A stretch of 64,000 nucleotides of DNA, from NCBI GenBank assembly GCA_031385045.1, contig JANNBC010000024.1, forward strand, positions 64,001 to 128,000, given 5' to 3'. This document shows, piece after piece, positions 20,080-32,000 of the stretch (its first letter is position 1; each line of letters opens with the position of its first letter). Under the pieces are notes generated by a model that saw only the letters and a list, made by a program, of their open reading frames with translations, was not told the origin of the DNA and made no database searches. The translations under genes and the position numbers were made by a program. This stretch comes from a bacterium. GTDB taxonomy: Bacteria > Bdellovibrionota_C > UBA2361 > CALJRW01.

Positions 20080-21915
20080 TTATTTAACTACTTTTAATCC
20101 ACAAGACTCCTCAAGTGAAGCAATGCTTTCCGCTGAGAAGCGAGTTAATCCATAAGTATTAACATGTTGGTTAACAAATGTTGTTGCTGAATTGTAAGTT
20201 GGATTAATACCTTGGTTGCTAGTGCCATCTAGGTAAGTATGCAATACAATTCTTTTTGCTTTTCTTATAGCGACTGCAGTACTCAATCCATTTTTGATAT
20301 ACAGCCGAGTTAAGGCTTTTTCTAACTTAGCTGCGCGACTAAGACCAATATTCTTTAGGTTATTGATCGCAGTATTAAATGTATCCAAGTCTGAACCCAA
20401 GGAAGAGATTTGTAGGTCTCCAGCACATGAGTCAATATTGTTACATTCAAACAAGTAGACGCCATTTCCAACAATTGCGTTGTATGACTGCCAGCCCACA
20501 ACGTTTTCTTGGTTTGGATCAAAATCATCAACTTTAGCTTTACCACCTAGTTTTAAGCGAACATTTTTGATTCGGATCTCTAACTGACTAGCCAGTAAAT
20601 TAAGTTGAGCCATGTCTTGGTCAGCTTGAGTAATTACTTGTAAATCAGCTTGCTTACATTCTGGGACAATTGGTTTAACGGTAACTTTAACCCCAGTACA
20701 TTCTGTGTATAAGTTTTTTAAACCGTAATCTACCAAGAAGTTAGCACCAATTGTATAGTCTCCAACTTGTTCTGCAGTTGGAGTCCATTCGATATTAATA
20801 GTTGCTTTACCATTAGCTCCTTCCTCTGCGAAGATTACTTCTTCACCAGCAGGAACATTTGGTTTAGCACCAGTTGGTAATCCTGTGTAGCTAACTATTA
20901 CTGGAGATTTATCAGTATCAAAATAATCTTTATTGATTACATCGAAAGTAAGAGTAGTTGGTTTGCCAACTTCTACAGGATTCGCTGTAACATTAGACGC
21001 ACCACACATAACTTTTGATTTTGTTTCTAGTTCTGGATGAGTACAAGTTGAGCAATCCGTTTTAGCAGTTAATAAGCTGTTCAGGAAATTGTTATAGTAA
21101 GTTGGAACGGCATTTGCAGCAGCCCAAAACCAAACACCTACGCGCTCACCAAATTTAATACCTTTATAAGTATATGATTTGTTTTGTAGTAGGAGTTCAT
21201 CAACTTGATGTGAGTTAATGCCAGAAACATCTAGTTCTAAGTTAATTATCTTAGAAGTTGCAGTAGTATCAATTGAGAATTTTACAGCACCAGGAGTTGC
21301 TACTGAGCTAAAAATCGTCTCTCTATAAGGTGGAGCATACTTAGCGTAAAAACTTTGGGCTAAGCTAGCTTTATTGCGATAAGGCCCAGTGCCATCACCA
21401 AATGGGATGCTATCGTCATAGCCATTATGAGTAATGTTTTGTGATTGATGAGTTTCACCGTTATTGCAATAAAGGTTTAAGTGACCATTAAAGGCGAATA
21501 CGTTAACTTTTGGATTAGCTTCGTCTGTAAAATCAACATAGAGGTGACCAACACTGCCTTCGCAGTTTTTACGACTAACATCTAAAGCTCCATCAGTTAA
21601 TACTAAATGAAAGAAGTTAGCAGTTTTAGCAGTAGTTGTATCAATCTCAGCTTCAACAATTAGTTTTTCGGCAACTTCGTCATAGTTAAGATTTAAGTAT
21701 TTTACTTTGATTAAATTATTACGGTCTTCAATATCTTTCTGAAGAATAGCGTTAGTCTGAGCACAGCCTACTCCTTCACAAATCACGTTCTCACAATACT
21801 TCAAATCATTGAAGTCTGGGATATGTAGGTTATACTCTTCGGCGCTAAGGCAACTAAGGCTAACAAAAGTTGTGACTAAAAGTGCTACTAGGTGTTTCAT
21901 ATTTCCTCGGTACAA
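20080..21915 (-). CDS. Secreted Cys-rich protein with Ig/PKD-like central domain (paralog A)
   Basis: Signal peptide; WTPTAEQVGDY motif; collinear similarity to 22218-23957. Confidence 0.7.
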   Translation of the reverse strand: MYRGNMKHLVALLVTTFVSLSCLSAEEYNLHIPDFNDLKYCENVICEGVGCAQTNAILQKDIEDRNNLIKVKYLNLNYDEVAEKLIVEAEIDTTTAKTANFFHLVLTDGALDVSRKNCEGSVGHLYVDFTDEANPKVNVFAFNGHLNLYCNNGETHQSQNITHNGYDDSIPFGDGTGPYRNKASLAQSFYAKYAPPYRETIFSSVATPGAVKFSIDTTATSKIINLELDVSGINSHQVDELLLQNKSYTYKGIKFGERVGVWFWAAANAVPTYYNNFLNSLLTAKTDCSTCTHPELETKSKVMCGASNVTANPVEVGKPTTLTFDVINKDYFDTDKSPVIVSYTGLPTGAKPNVPAGEEVIFAEEGANGKATINIEWTPTAEQVGDYTIGANFLVDYGLKNLYTECTGVKVTVKPIVPECKQADLQVITQADQDMAQLNLLASQLEIRIKNVRLKLGGKAKVDDFDPNQENVVGWQSYNAIVGNGVYLFECNNIDSCAGDLQISSLGSDLDTFNTAINNLKNIGLSRAAKLEKALTRLYIKNGLSTAVAIRKAKRIVLHTYLDGTSNQGINPTYNSATTFVNQHVNTYGLTRFSAESIASLEESCGLKVVK

Positions 21916-22217
21916 ATAAGCAAACTGAAAAAATATTAAGAAAATAAATTTTAGGTTTGCCAGCGACTTAAGTTTTAGATAGTTCTAAATTTAAGTGGCG
22001 ATAAACAAAAATTACATAGTGAGAAAAATATTTTTTTGTATTCACTATGCACTCGTTACTCAACTACTAATCAGCCAAGCTTTGATTCCTGCTTCCATGA
22101 AAAAACAGTATCGTCATTTGTTATGGCGGATTAAGTGGAGTTGTTGCATTAAAGATATGCTTTTTTGGATTTTACTCAAGGAAATCAGTGATTTTTTTTA
22201 AAAAACTTTAAAAGTCT

Positions 22218-23957
22218 TTATTCACAGATAAAATGTAGGACATACTTATTTGCTAATAATTGACTGACCCCATCATAGGCATTAAAGCTTAAATCAGCCG
22301 CTTTTTTCTGATAATTGTTAAATTTTTTGTTAATTATGGCTAATTTTGCAGGCGTAAGGGTTCCGTTAGCACGACCAATAAGGATTTGGTTACGACGTAT
22401 TCTATTAATTAATTTAAGGCCAATATTATCAATAAAGTTACAATCAGAGATTTTTTGACCATCACAGTATGTCATTTTAATATTTTCCCCGGCTTCATGT
22501 AGTTGGTTATAGGTATCTATTTGTTGGCAGGCGCTATAACCTGAGCTACAAGTAATAAATGGATTAGGCAGACTATTTATTTGATTTTGAACAACCTGAC
22601 TATAATTATTAATTTTTGTGCTGAAGTCTTGGCGTTTTTTCTGTCTCGCCGTAGTTAGGTAACTTTGATTATAGCTATTTTTAGCAAGTAAAAATGACTT
22701 TAAGCTACTAATATTGGTTTTAATTTGATTTAAGATACCAGTAATGTCATTGCTTTGACATATTGGAGCACTAGATAATACTTCAAAATTCAAGGTGCAA
22801 TCTGTAACTTCTGTGGAGCTACCATTTTGACCATAAATTTGTTGAAAGCGGACTGGGATAGAATAGCTTCCAACGTCTGCTTCGGTGGGAGTCCAGTTTA
22901 ATGTCACTGACTGATTTTCACCTGTTGGAATAATACCATCATTAATAATTGGATTGTTATTAGGTTTGCTTACAAACTGCATGCTCGGCTTTAAGCTACT
23001 TAAGAACTGTACACGATGTTGATCGTTTGTATCGTCATCTGAAAAATGAACACTTGCTTCTACGGATTCTCCTACGCCGATTTGACTGGCTATTCCAGTT
23101 ACCCCAGTACAAGTTGGGCTAGTATTTGGAACTCGTCTCTCGGCCCGACAAAGGCTACAGCTAGATAGGCTAAAAGCTGAAATCAAATTGTCAGTTCCAT
23201 AAGTAGAATTACTGATTACAGAAGGTACAAAATCTAACGTTAGCCATTTTTCTACACTGACTTCTCTTCCAAAATCAAAGATTCGTGTTAATTTATTATA
23301 GTTTAAACAGCCTCTTGATGATGTTTTACAAGAGACCGCCATTTCTTGTTGATACTCAGGCGTATTATTTGGAATAAAGGCTTGAATTTGCGTGGTATCA
23401 AGAATAATCGTGAATTTTCTTTTTGTAACTCCAGATAGGGTGCTATCACTCATCTCGGCAAAGGAAACCCAGTCTGGATTTGTGTTGGAAGTGCTGCTAA
23501 GTAATATTGGCTCAGTTTTATTTAGTCCAATTCCTGGATCCGTCTGCCAGCTACCTGGTGAGTTATTGCAGCTAGACTCGGGCTGAGCTTCACGATTATA
23601 AATATAAGCGGTAATTGTTGGAGCAATACCACTCTTGAGGTTTGTTCCATCCACATAAAAATATGCTAGCTTATAATTATTCGTAATTAGATCACTTTCA
23701 GAGTTAAGCCCAAACTGAAATCCATTAGCCAAGCTTGTGCCACCTTGATCAGTAAATTCAACTTCAACGTTTAGTAGTTTAGTTATTGTATCGTACTTAA
23801 ACTCAGCAAAATTTGTTTTTACATTGAACTGGTTATATTTAGAAGTATTACAAGCAGTGAAATTAGGATCAATATAAAAGCCTAGCTCTTCTGCCTGAGC
23901 AAAGGTGGCAAATAGCATTAAGGTTGTTAAAAAAAGTTTCCTACTTAGAGTCTTCAT
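22218..23957 (-). CDS. Secreted Cys-rich protein with Ig/PKD-like central domain (paralog B)
   Basis: Signal peptide AQA|EE; WTPTEADVGSY motif; basic helical C-terminus. Confidence 0.7.
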   Translation of the reverse strand: MKTLSRKLFLTTLMLFATFAQAEELGFYIDPNFTACNTSKYNQFNVKTNFAEFKYDTITKLLNVEVEFTDQGGTSLANGFQFGLNSESDLITNNYKLAYFYVDGTNLKSGIAPTITAYIYNREAQPESSCNNSPGSWQTDPGIGLNKTEPILLSSTSNTNPDWVSFAEMSDSTLSGVTKRKFTIILDTTQIQAFIPNNTPEYQQEMAVSCKTSSRGCLNYNKLTRIFDFGREVSVEKWLTLDFVPSVISNSTYGTDNLISAFSLSSCSLCRAERRVPNTSPTCTGVTGIASQIGVGESVEASVHFSDDDTNDQHRVQFLSSLKPSMQFVSKPNNNPIINDGIIPTGENQSVTLNWTPTEADVGSYSIPVRFQQIYGQNGSSTEVTDCTLNFEVLSSAPICQSNDITGILNQIKTNISSLKSFLLAKNSYNQSYLTTARQKKRQDFSTKINNYSQVVQNQINSLPNPFITCSSGYSACQQIDTYNQLHEAGENIKMTYCDGQKISDCNFIDNIGLKLINRIRRNQILIGRANGTLTPAKLAIINKKFNNYQKKAADLSFNAYDGVSQLLANKYVLHFICE

Positions 23958-24124
23958 AGCGATAAAGGCTTATCCATTATAGCAACAGTTATGATTCAGA
24001 TTTGTTACCTGCAACACTGTCGGCATAAAATCTTATTTAGAAAAGTTTTAATTTGAACTTTTATTAGTCCTTAAAACAGTATAAGTAGCTGATTTTGAAA
24101 GGGTTCTAGTCTAGCTACGAATCT

Positions 24125-25123
24125 TTAGATTGTAGCACTTACTAGGTCTAACTCAAGCTCGGCTGTTAATTGGTTTAAAATGGCATAGGCTTGGTCTAAA
24201 TCAATTGTTTCCATTAATTTGGCTCGCACCTCGCTAGCAAGTGGAAAGCCGGCAATGTAGATTTTGTAGAATTTTTTCATGACCGTATATCTGGTCTTAT
24301 TTCCCCATCGTGCTCCGTGAAGATTCATATGTTGTAGCAGGAGTTGAATCTTCTCGATCGCTGATAATTGTGACATGCTTGTGATGCCATGATCGTTAAA
24401 AATAAATAGATTTTGGAAGATGCCTCTGCCGATCATTAGTCCATTAACTTTGGATTCATGATAGCGACGATGTAAATCTTCTTGATTAAAGATGTCACCA
24501 TTACCAATAATTAAAGTTTTCTTTTGCATCTGATTTCTTAACTGCACAACTTTAGCAATTTCATCCCAATTTGCTGGGTATTTTGATTGGTGCTTAGCAA
24601 CCCGACCATGGATTGTAAGTACTGGTAAATCTAGATCTAGTAGAAATCCTGCCCACTCTTCAGTTCTTAAATCTCGATAGCCAAGTCTGGTCTTAACACT
24701 GACTGGTAGATGCTTGGCGCCTTCTCTCGCGGCTAAAATCAATTCTTTGGCTAAAGTTGGATTTTCAATTAGCCCAGAGCAACAGCCTTTAGCGGCAATT
24801 TTAGCAACAGGACAGCCCATGTTAATATCAATGCCATCAAATCCGCGCTCCCGCATCTCGGTGCAGGCTTTTAAGTAGTTTTCGGGCTTATTGCCCCAGA
24901 TTTGGGAAACTAAAGGAAGTTCTAGAGGTGTGTATTCTAATCTTTCAATGACTCTTTCTCGACCAAGAGAGAGGAGGCCATCAGTGGATGTAAATTCTGT
25001 AAAAAAGACATCAGGACGACCACAGCTTGCGACTACTCGACGAAAGACAGTATCGGTTACATCTTCCATTGGAGCTAGAACTTTAATTGGTTGAGGTAAT
25101 TTATGCCAAAAAGAGTCCCACAT
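24125..25123 (-). CDS. dus: tRNA-dihydrouridine synthase
   Basis: LAPMEDVTD, DINMGCP, VSVKTRLG, HGR, GNGDI, MIGRG. Confidence 0.93.
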   Translation of the reverse strand: MWDSFWHKLPQPIKVLAPMEDVTDTVFRRVVASCGRPDVFFTEFTSTDGLLSLGRERVIERLEYTPLELPLVSQIWGNKPENYLKACTEMRERGFDGIDINMGCPVAKIAAKGCCSGLIENPTLAKELILAAREGAKHLPVSVKTRLGYRDLRTEEWAGFLLDLDLPVLTIHGRVAKHQSKYPANWDEIAKVVQLRNQMQKKTLIIGNGDIFNQEDLHRRYHESKVNGLMIGRGIFQNLFIFNDHGITSMSQLSAIEKIQLLLQHMNLHGARWGNKTRYTVMKKFYKIYIAGFPLASEVRAKLMETIDLDQAYAILNQLTAELELDLVSATI

Positions 25124-25262
25124 TTAGTTAAGATTTAGTTTTTAAAATTGATAATATTCAGTTAAAATGATTTTAATTGCGTAAGAATGAAAATAACCTC
25201 TTTTATAAAAGATTTTTATTATTTAGTCTAAAGTATCTTGGATTATTTTACGATATTTTATC

Positions 25263-25640
25263 ATGAAGACAAAAAAAGCATTTACATTGATTGAGTTGTT
25301 GGTAACGATTGCTATTGTAGGAATTATGTCAGCTATTGCTATGGCCGCTTTTGGACAATATCGTGCCCGAGGTAATGATGCTAATGCCAACCAAGATTTA
25401 AGGAGTGCTGCTACTGCTCAAGAAGCCCAGTATGTTGATACTGCCAATTATATTGCCTGTACGGATCGTGATGACTGCATTACGAAGCTAATCGGTGTAA
25501 AAAACTTCAACGAAAAAACAATTATTAGTATGACTGCTGATGCTGGAAACTCCTTTGAAGGCACCTCCTCCTCAACTTTTGGTAGTGGGCGAAGTTTTCA
25601 TTGGAATAATACTTCTGGTCTTGATATTATTGACCCTTAG
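25263..25640 (+). CDS. Type IV pilin-like protein
   Basis: KKA|FTLIELLVTIAIVGI prepilin motif. Confidence 0.88.
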   Translation: MKTKKAFTLIELLVTIAIVGIMSAIAMAAFGQYRARGNDANANQDLRSAATAQEAQYVDTANYIACTDRDDCITKLIGVKNFNEKTIISMTADAGNSFEGTSSSTFGSGRSFHWNNTSGLDIIDP

Positions 25641-25664
25641 GATCAAATTGTTAAAAATCTACTC

Positions 25665-25921
25665 CTAATCAACTGCTTTAGTTTGGCCAAAGTTATAATC
25701 TGTCTGTAGACGCCAAATATTGTCATCTTGCTCGTATTTACTTAACAAACCTAAATTTAAAAGTCAGACATCGCTATTCCCAGTCGTCTTATTGTAGCCA
25801 AAGTTAAATTTACTTTTCCAATGACCCTGATCTAATTCCACTGCCTGATAGGTCGGTGTATCATCGGCTAGTAAAAGCCAGGAGTGATTAGTAAAGCAGC
25901 AAGAAATAAATTTTTGATCAT
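25665..25921 (-). pseudogene. DUF481/YdiY-like outer-membrane protein remnant
   Basis: Signal peptide MIKNLFLAALLI, frameshift, then WKSKFNFGYNKTTGNSDV*LLNLG..Y....WR...DYNFG; truncated. Confidence 0.6.
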
Positions 25922-25963
25922 TGGTCTATTTTAAAAAACAATTAGGTAATTTAATATTAAAAG

Positions 25964-27343
25964 ATGTCTACTTTTAGCAAGTCATTATTTATCTTCCGAC
26001 GCGATTTAAGACTTGATGATAACAGTGCTTTAAATCTAGCTTTACAGTATTCTAAAGAAGTCTACCCAGTATTTTTTTTGGACCCTCGGCAGTTATCCAA
26101 TAATGAGTATTATTCAGCTAATGCTGCGCAGTTTATGCGAAATAGTCTTTTGGAATTAGCAAAAGAGTTGGAGGTTAATGGCGGTAAGTTAAATGTTTTT
26201 CAGGGGAAAGTTGAAGAGCACTTGAAGTTAATCCAGCAGGAGCAGAAAATTGAAGCTGTTTTCTTTAATTATGATTACACACCATTTAGCAAGCACAGAG
26301 ATCTTGCGCTAAAAAATATTTGTGAAGAATTACAAATCAAATTTTTCCCTGCCCATGATCTAATGTTAAATGAGCCCGGAAAAGTTTTAAAGGATAATGG
26401 AGAGCCGTATAGTGTTTACACTTATTATCGTAAAAAAGCTGAACAATTACCTGTAAAGCGGCCAGCAACATTATTTGCTAAGAATTTTTCTAATACGTTT
26501 TTAACTGGCGCTAATTTAGATTTACTGGATAAGTTATTGCCAAATGACAACAGTAATCTTATCGCAAATGGCGGCAGAGTTGAGGGAGTTCAGATCTTAT
26601 CAGACTTGCCAAGCCATGAGGCCTATCAACAGGAGCGGGATTTTCCTGCCATCCATTCTTCTACAAAATTATCAGCACATTTAAAGTTTGGGACAGTCTC
26701 CGTGCGTGAAGTATATCGTCGTTTAGTAGCAATCCATCCACAACATTTATTGATCACTCAACTTAATTGGCGTGATTTCTTTACCCAGATTTCCTTTTTC
26801 TATCCAGAAGTTTATGGTAATGCTTTTCAGAAAAAATTCCGACAGGTGGACTGGAGTTATTCCAAAGAAAATTTTGCACGTTGGTGTGATGGTAATACAG
26901 GATTTCCAATTGTTGATGCGGGAATGCGGGAATTAAATAAAACTGGATACATGCATAATCGTGTTCGAATGATCGTCGCATCTTTTTTGACCAAAAATTT
27001 ACAGATTGATTGGCGTTGGGGGGAAAAGTATTTTGCGACTAAGTTAACGGATTATGATCCCGCATTAAATAATGGAAATTGGCAGTGGGCAGCATCTACA
27101 GGTTGTGATGCCCAGCCCTATTTTCGGATTTTTAATGCCTGGACTCAACAGACAAGATTTGATTTGCAAGCTGAATATATCAAGAAATGGGTTCCTGAAT
27201 TAGCACCTCTTGCTCCTAAGCAAATTCATCAGGAAGCTTTTATGGAGACACAAATTTTAGCAAAATACCCTAGGCCAATTGTTAATCATTCCGAAACGCG
27301 CGAGTTAGCATTAGCTATGTTTAAAAAAGCTGCAATTAGCTAA
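25964..27343 (+). CDS. phrB: Deoxyribodipyrimidine photolyase (class I CPD type)
   Basis: FRRDLRLDDN, LSAHLKFG, GYMHNRVRM, NNGNWQWAAS. Confidence 0.93.
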   Translation: MSTFSKSLFIFRRDLRLDDNSALNLALQYSKEVYPVFFLDPRQLSNNEYYSANAAQFMRNSLLELAKELEVNGGKLNVFQGKVEEHLKLIQQEQKIEAVFFNYDYTPFSKHRDLALKNICEELQIKFFPAHDLMLNEPGKVLKDNGEPYSVYTYYRKKAEQLPVKRPATLFAKNFSNTFLTGANLDLLDKLLPNDNSNLIANGGRVEGVQILSDLPSHEAYQQERDFPAIHSSTKLSAHLKFGTVSVREVYRRLVAIHPQHLLITQLNWRDFFTQISFFYPEVYGNAFQKKFRQVDWSYSKENFARWCDGNTGFPIVDAGMRELNKTGYMHNRVRMIVASFLTKNLQIDWRWGEKYFATKLTDYDPALNNGNWQWAASTGCDAQPYFRIFNAWTQQTRFDLQAEYIKKWVPELAPLAPKQIHQEAFMETQILAKYPRPIVNHSETRELALAMFKKAAIS

Positions 27344-27929
27344 TACAGCATTTGTGGTTACTGTAAAGTTATTAAGAAAATGTTTTCGATTTATTGTAAA
27401 TATTATTTTTCTACTAGGCTAATTTTGATTTAAAAAGTGTTTCTCTAATACTTGGTAATTAATCTAATTTGATAGGATAATAAGCTATTCAAACAGATAT
27501 AAAGTTTTGTTTGAATATTTGCATTGTAGGCAGGAAACAGAGTAATTATTATCTGTTAAAAGCATTAATCCCGAGTTTTATTGTCTGCCGAAAAGCTATT
27601 TTGTATTGCTGAAATTAAGATTGCTTGGAAGGAGACAGTTCCCGTCGATCAGTTGTTGCTGGAATTTTTAGGACGTTAGTAATTTTCTGGTATCGTTGAC
27701 TTGGAAAGATCAAAAAATATTTTAGAAATTGACCTTGATATTGCTCTGTAAATATAATTGTCATCTTCTAGACGTTTTTTTAAACCTGAGTAGATTAGAT
27801 TGTTCAGGTTTAGCTTTTCTCTTCGTCCCTAAATAATGTTTGATGTTCAATAATTAATCGCGAGTCTTTCATAAGACTCATCATCGCTAAATAAAATATT
27901 TTAGCTTAATTAAATTTTAATTTTTCGAT

Positions 27930-29066
27930 TTGAAATTGAAAGTGCCGTTCTTAAAAACAAAATATAAAATTCTCTTCATAACCCTAGCAATTATTTTTGT
28001 ACTTGGTGGGATTAAGTTTTTTCAGATTTATTCATTAATTCAAGCGAGTAAAGGAAGAGGGGCTCCACCTGCTGCTGTTAATACTTTTCTTGTTAAAGCA
28101 GAAAATTGGCCGGTAACATTTCAGGGAGTGGGATCTTTAAGAGCCGTCCAAGGTTCGATTCTGCGAACTCAGGACAGTGGTCGAGTGGCCGCGGTTAATT
28201 TTCAATCTGGCCAAGTTGTCGAGCAAGGACAAGTTTTGGTTGAGCTAGATAGCGAAGTTGAAAAAGCACAGCTCCAAGCAGCGCAAGCTAAATATAAGTT
28301 ATCGGAGTTAACTTCCAAAAGACAAAAAGAACTTCGGGCACAAAATGCTAACTCCCAAGCAGATTTAGATATCGCTGATGCTGATTTGTCATTAGCTCGA
28401 GCAGAGATTGCCCGGCTAGAGGCAGTAATCCAAAGACGACAAATTGTGGCTCCATTTGCCGGTACAGCTGGAGTACGCAAGTTAAATGTTGGAGAATTTG
28501 TAACATCAGGAACAGAAGTAGTTGATGTTAACTCTTCTGATAAGTTCTTACTGGACTTCTATTTGCCTCAAAAAAGTATTGGTGAATATAAAGTTGGAGA
28601 TATTGTGGAAGTTACGCTTCGCAATATTCCCGAGCAGATGTTTGTTGGCAATTTAACAAGCATTAACTCCCAGATCGATCCAGTAAATAGAAACATCTTA
28701 ATGCAGGCGACAGTTAGTAATATTAACGATCAACTAAGACCTGGGATGTTTGTTGATCTAAATTTAATCAAATCAGTTCCGCAAGAAGCACTGTTAATTC
28801 CAGTTACAAGCATTCATTATGCCCCTTATGGCAACACTGTTTACACAATCAATAAAACTACACCAGAGCCACCATTTGAAATTGAAGCTCATGCAGTGAC
28901 TTTAGGTCGTAAACGTGGAGACTTTGTTGAAGTACTTACTGGTCTTAAGTTGGCTCAGGAAATTATTGCCTCAGGAACGTTCAAATTATTTCCAGGTGTA
29001 AAAGTTTTTATCAATAACGATCTGCAACCAACTCTTTCTGAAAAACCACAAGTTGAAAATAACTAA
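27930..29066 (+). CDS. RND efflux periplasmic adaptor (membrane fusion protein)
   Basis: N-terminal TM, lipoyl halves, APFAG, LRPGMF. Confidence 0.93.
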   Translation: MKLKVPFLKTKYKILFITLAIIFVLGGIKFFQIYSLIQASKGRGAPPAAVNTFLVKAENWPVTFQGVGSLRAVQGSILRTQDSGRVAAVNFQSGQVVEQGQVLVELDSEVEKAQLQAAQAKYKLSELTSKRQKELRAQNANSQADLDIADADLSLARAEIARLEAVIQRRQIVAPFAGTAGVRKLNVGEFVTSGTEVVDVNSSDKFLLDFYLPQKSIGEYKVGDIVEVTLRNIPEQMFVGNLTSINSQIDPVNRNILMQATVSNINDQLRPGMFVDLNLIKSVPQEALLIPVTSIHYAPYGNTVYTINKTTPEPPFEIEAHAVTLGRKRGDFVEVLTGLKLAQEIIASGTFKLFPGVKVFINNDLQPTLSEKPQVENN

Positions 29067-29068
29067 AA

Positions 29069-32000
29069 ATGAAAATTAGCGATATCTTTATTCGAAGACC
29101 GGTTCTAGCCATTTGTATCAATCTAATGATTGTTGTTGCTGGCTATCAAGCGGTTCACAATCTTAAAACCCGGCAATATCCCCGCAGCGATTTAGCTGTT
29201 GTTACTGTTACCACTGCATATATTGGTGCAGATGCTGAGTTAGTTAGGGGTTTTATTACTACTCCTCTAGAGAAGGCAATTGCCAGTGCCGATGGGATTG
29301 ACTACTTAAAGTCATCTAGTGCCCAAGGTGTAAGTACAATCAGTGCACATCTAATACTCAATTATAATGTTAATGATGCCTTAACTCAGATCCAATCAAA
29401 GGTGAATCAGGTCCGAAATGATTTACCTACTGAAGCTGAAGTGCCGGAGATTAAGGTAGAGACTACAGACAATCGTTTTGCTTCCATGTATCTGAGTTTT
29501 GCTTCTGATGAATTAAAATCTAATCAAATTACAGATTATTTACTACGCGTGGTTCAACCAAAACTATCTTCGATTGCCGGGGTTCAAAAAGCAGATATTT
29601 TGGGAGCGAGAACATTTGCCGTTAGGATTTGGCTTCAGCCAGAACAGATGGCAGCTTTAAACGTTTCCCCTAGTGATGTGCAGAAAGCATTATTAGCGAA
29701 CAATTATTTAGCGGCTCTGGGCCAGACTAAGGGCTCCTTGGTCACTGTTAATCTTAACGCCAATTCAGATCTCAAAAGTATTGATGAATTTAAAAGATTA
29801 GTTATCAAAAACGATCAAAATGCGGTGGTTCGCCTAGATGATATTTCTGATGTGGAAATGGGCGCTGAAAATTATAACGAAGATGTTCGCTTCGGAGGTA
29901 AGACAGCAACTTTCATGGGTATATGGGTATTACCAACAGCAAACTCGTTGGAAGTTATTAGCCAAGTCCGCAAAGCTTTTCCTGAAATTCAGGGAACACT
30001 ACCAGCATCACTGAAATTAAGTGTGCCTTACGACGCTACGGAATATATTGAGAACTCGATTAATGATGTTGTTAAAACCCTAGCGGAAACAATTCTGATT
30101 GTAATTTTTGTGATCTTTCTATTTATCGGCTCTTTTCGAGCAGTCTTAGTACCTGTAATTGCTATTCCGCTCTCACTGCTTGGGGCAATTGTTATAATGT
30201 ATATCTTAGGATTTACGATCAATCTACTGACGCTTTTAGCGATCGTGTTAGCTGTTGGACTTGTGGTGGATGATGCCATTGTGATGTTGGAGAATGTTGA
30301 GCGACACGTACAGGAAGGCAAGAAACCCTATGATGCGGCGATTATTGCGGCGAGGGAGTTAATTGCTCCGATTATTGCTATGACAATAACTCTGGCTGCC
30401 GTTTATGCTCCGATTGGTATCCAAGGTGGATTAACTGGGACTCTTTTTCGAGAGTTTGCATTTACGTTAGCAGGTGCAGTATTGGTCTCTGGGTTTGTAG
30501 CGATTACATTATCCCCAATGATGTCATCACGATTAGTAACGGCCGATCATCAGCCCAATAAATTTCAAGTGAGAGTTAATGATATCTTTGAGCGAGTTAA
30601 AAATGCTTATCTACGCTTATTAGATGGTTTATTTAAGATTCAAGGAGTTGTAATTGGAACTGCAATATTGATTATGTTTTGTATGGTTCCGCTTTACATG
30701 TTCTCTAGTAAAGAACTAGCTCCGCGTGAGGATCAAGGGATTGTCTTTGGGATTGTACAAGCAGATCCCAATGCTTCCTTAGATCAAACTTCTTTTTACA
30801 CCTCGCGGATTGCCAAAGAGTATGCTGAAACGCCAGAAGCTAAAACTTCTTTTCAATTAACTGGAGCAAATTTTGGTTTTTCTGGAATGGTTTTAAAGCC
30901 TTGGTCAGAACGGACTAGAACTCCCCAACAAATTGTGCCAGAAATCTCAGCGAAAGTTGGAATGTATCCAGCGATTCGAGCGATTATGACAACTCCACCA
31001 CCACTGCCAGGTGGTAGTGATTTTCCAGTTGAATTTGTAATTTCTTCTACCGATACTCCTGAAAAGCTTTATGATTATGGAGTACAATTAGTTCAAGCGG
31101 CTTTTGCCAGTGGGCACTTTATGTTTGCTGATACTGATTTAAAGTTTGATTTGCCAGAGGCTAGAATTAATCTAGATCGAGATCAGATTTCAACTATGGG
31201 TCTAACTCTGCAGTCTGTTACCCAAGAACTGGGATTACTAACAGGGGGTAATTATCTAAATCGTTTTAACTTAGAAGGTCGAAGTTATAAGGTGATTCCT
31301 CAACTCGAACGTCAAGCGCGTTTAAATCCAGAGCAACTAAATTCTGTATATATTACTGGCCCTAATAAAAAGTTGATATCACTTTCAACGATTGCCACTA
31401 TTGAGGATCGAGTTCAAGCGAGGGAACTAAAAAAATTCCAACAGTTAAATTCCGTGACCATCCAAGGTGCTAATCATCCTGGTGCAACTTTGGATCAAGC
31501 CTTAAGCGCGATTGAGGCTAAGGCTAAGGAGATTTTGCCAAGTAATTATCAAGTTGATTACATGGGAGAATCTCGTCAGTTAAGAAGTGAAGGAAATACT
31601 TTTCTAACGACAATGATTTTTTCAATTATTTTCATTTATTTAGTTTTAGCTGCTCAATTTGAAAGTTTTCGTGATCCATTTATTATTTTGTTAGGTTCAG
31701 TGCCATTAGCAATTGCAGGCTCATTAGTTTTTTCCTTCTTAGGTTTTACCTCCATTAATATTTATTCTCAGGTAGGTTTGGTAACACTTGTTGGTCTGGT
31801 TTCCAAGAATGGAATTCTGATTGTAGAGTTTGCAAATACATTAAGAGAAAAGGGCTTAGATAAAATTACTGCTGTTCGGCAAGCTGTAGAAACTCGTTTT
31901 CGTCCAATTATGATGACTTCAATAGCAACTGTGGTTGGTCATACTCCATTAATCTTTGCAACCGGTGCTGGCGCAGGTTCGCGAAATAGCATTGGAATTA

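Noticed and set aside
21995..22201. 68-aa intergenic ORF
   Set aside because: GTG start, opposite strand to both neighbours, no motif; likely the promoter region of the 20080-21915 gene
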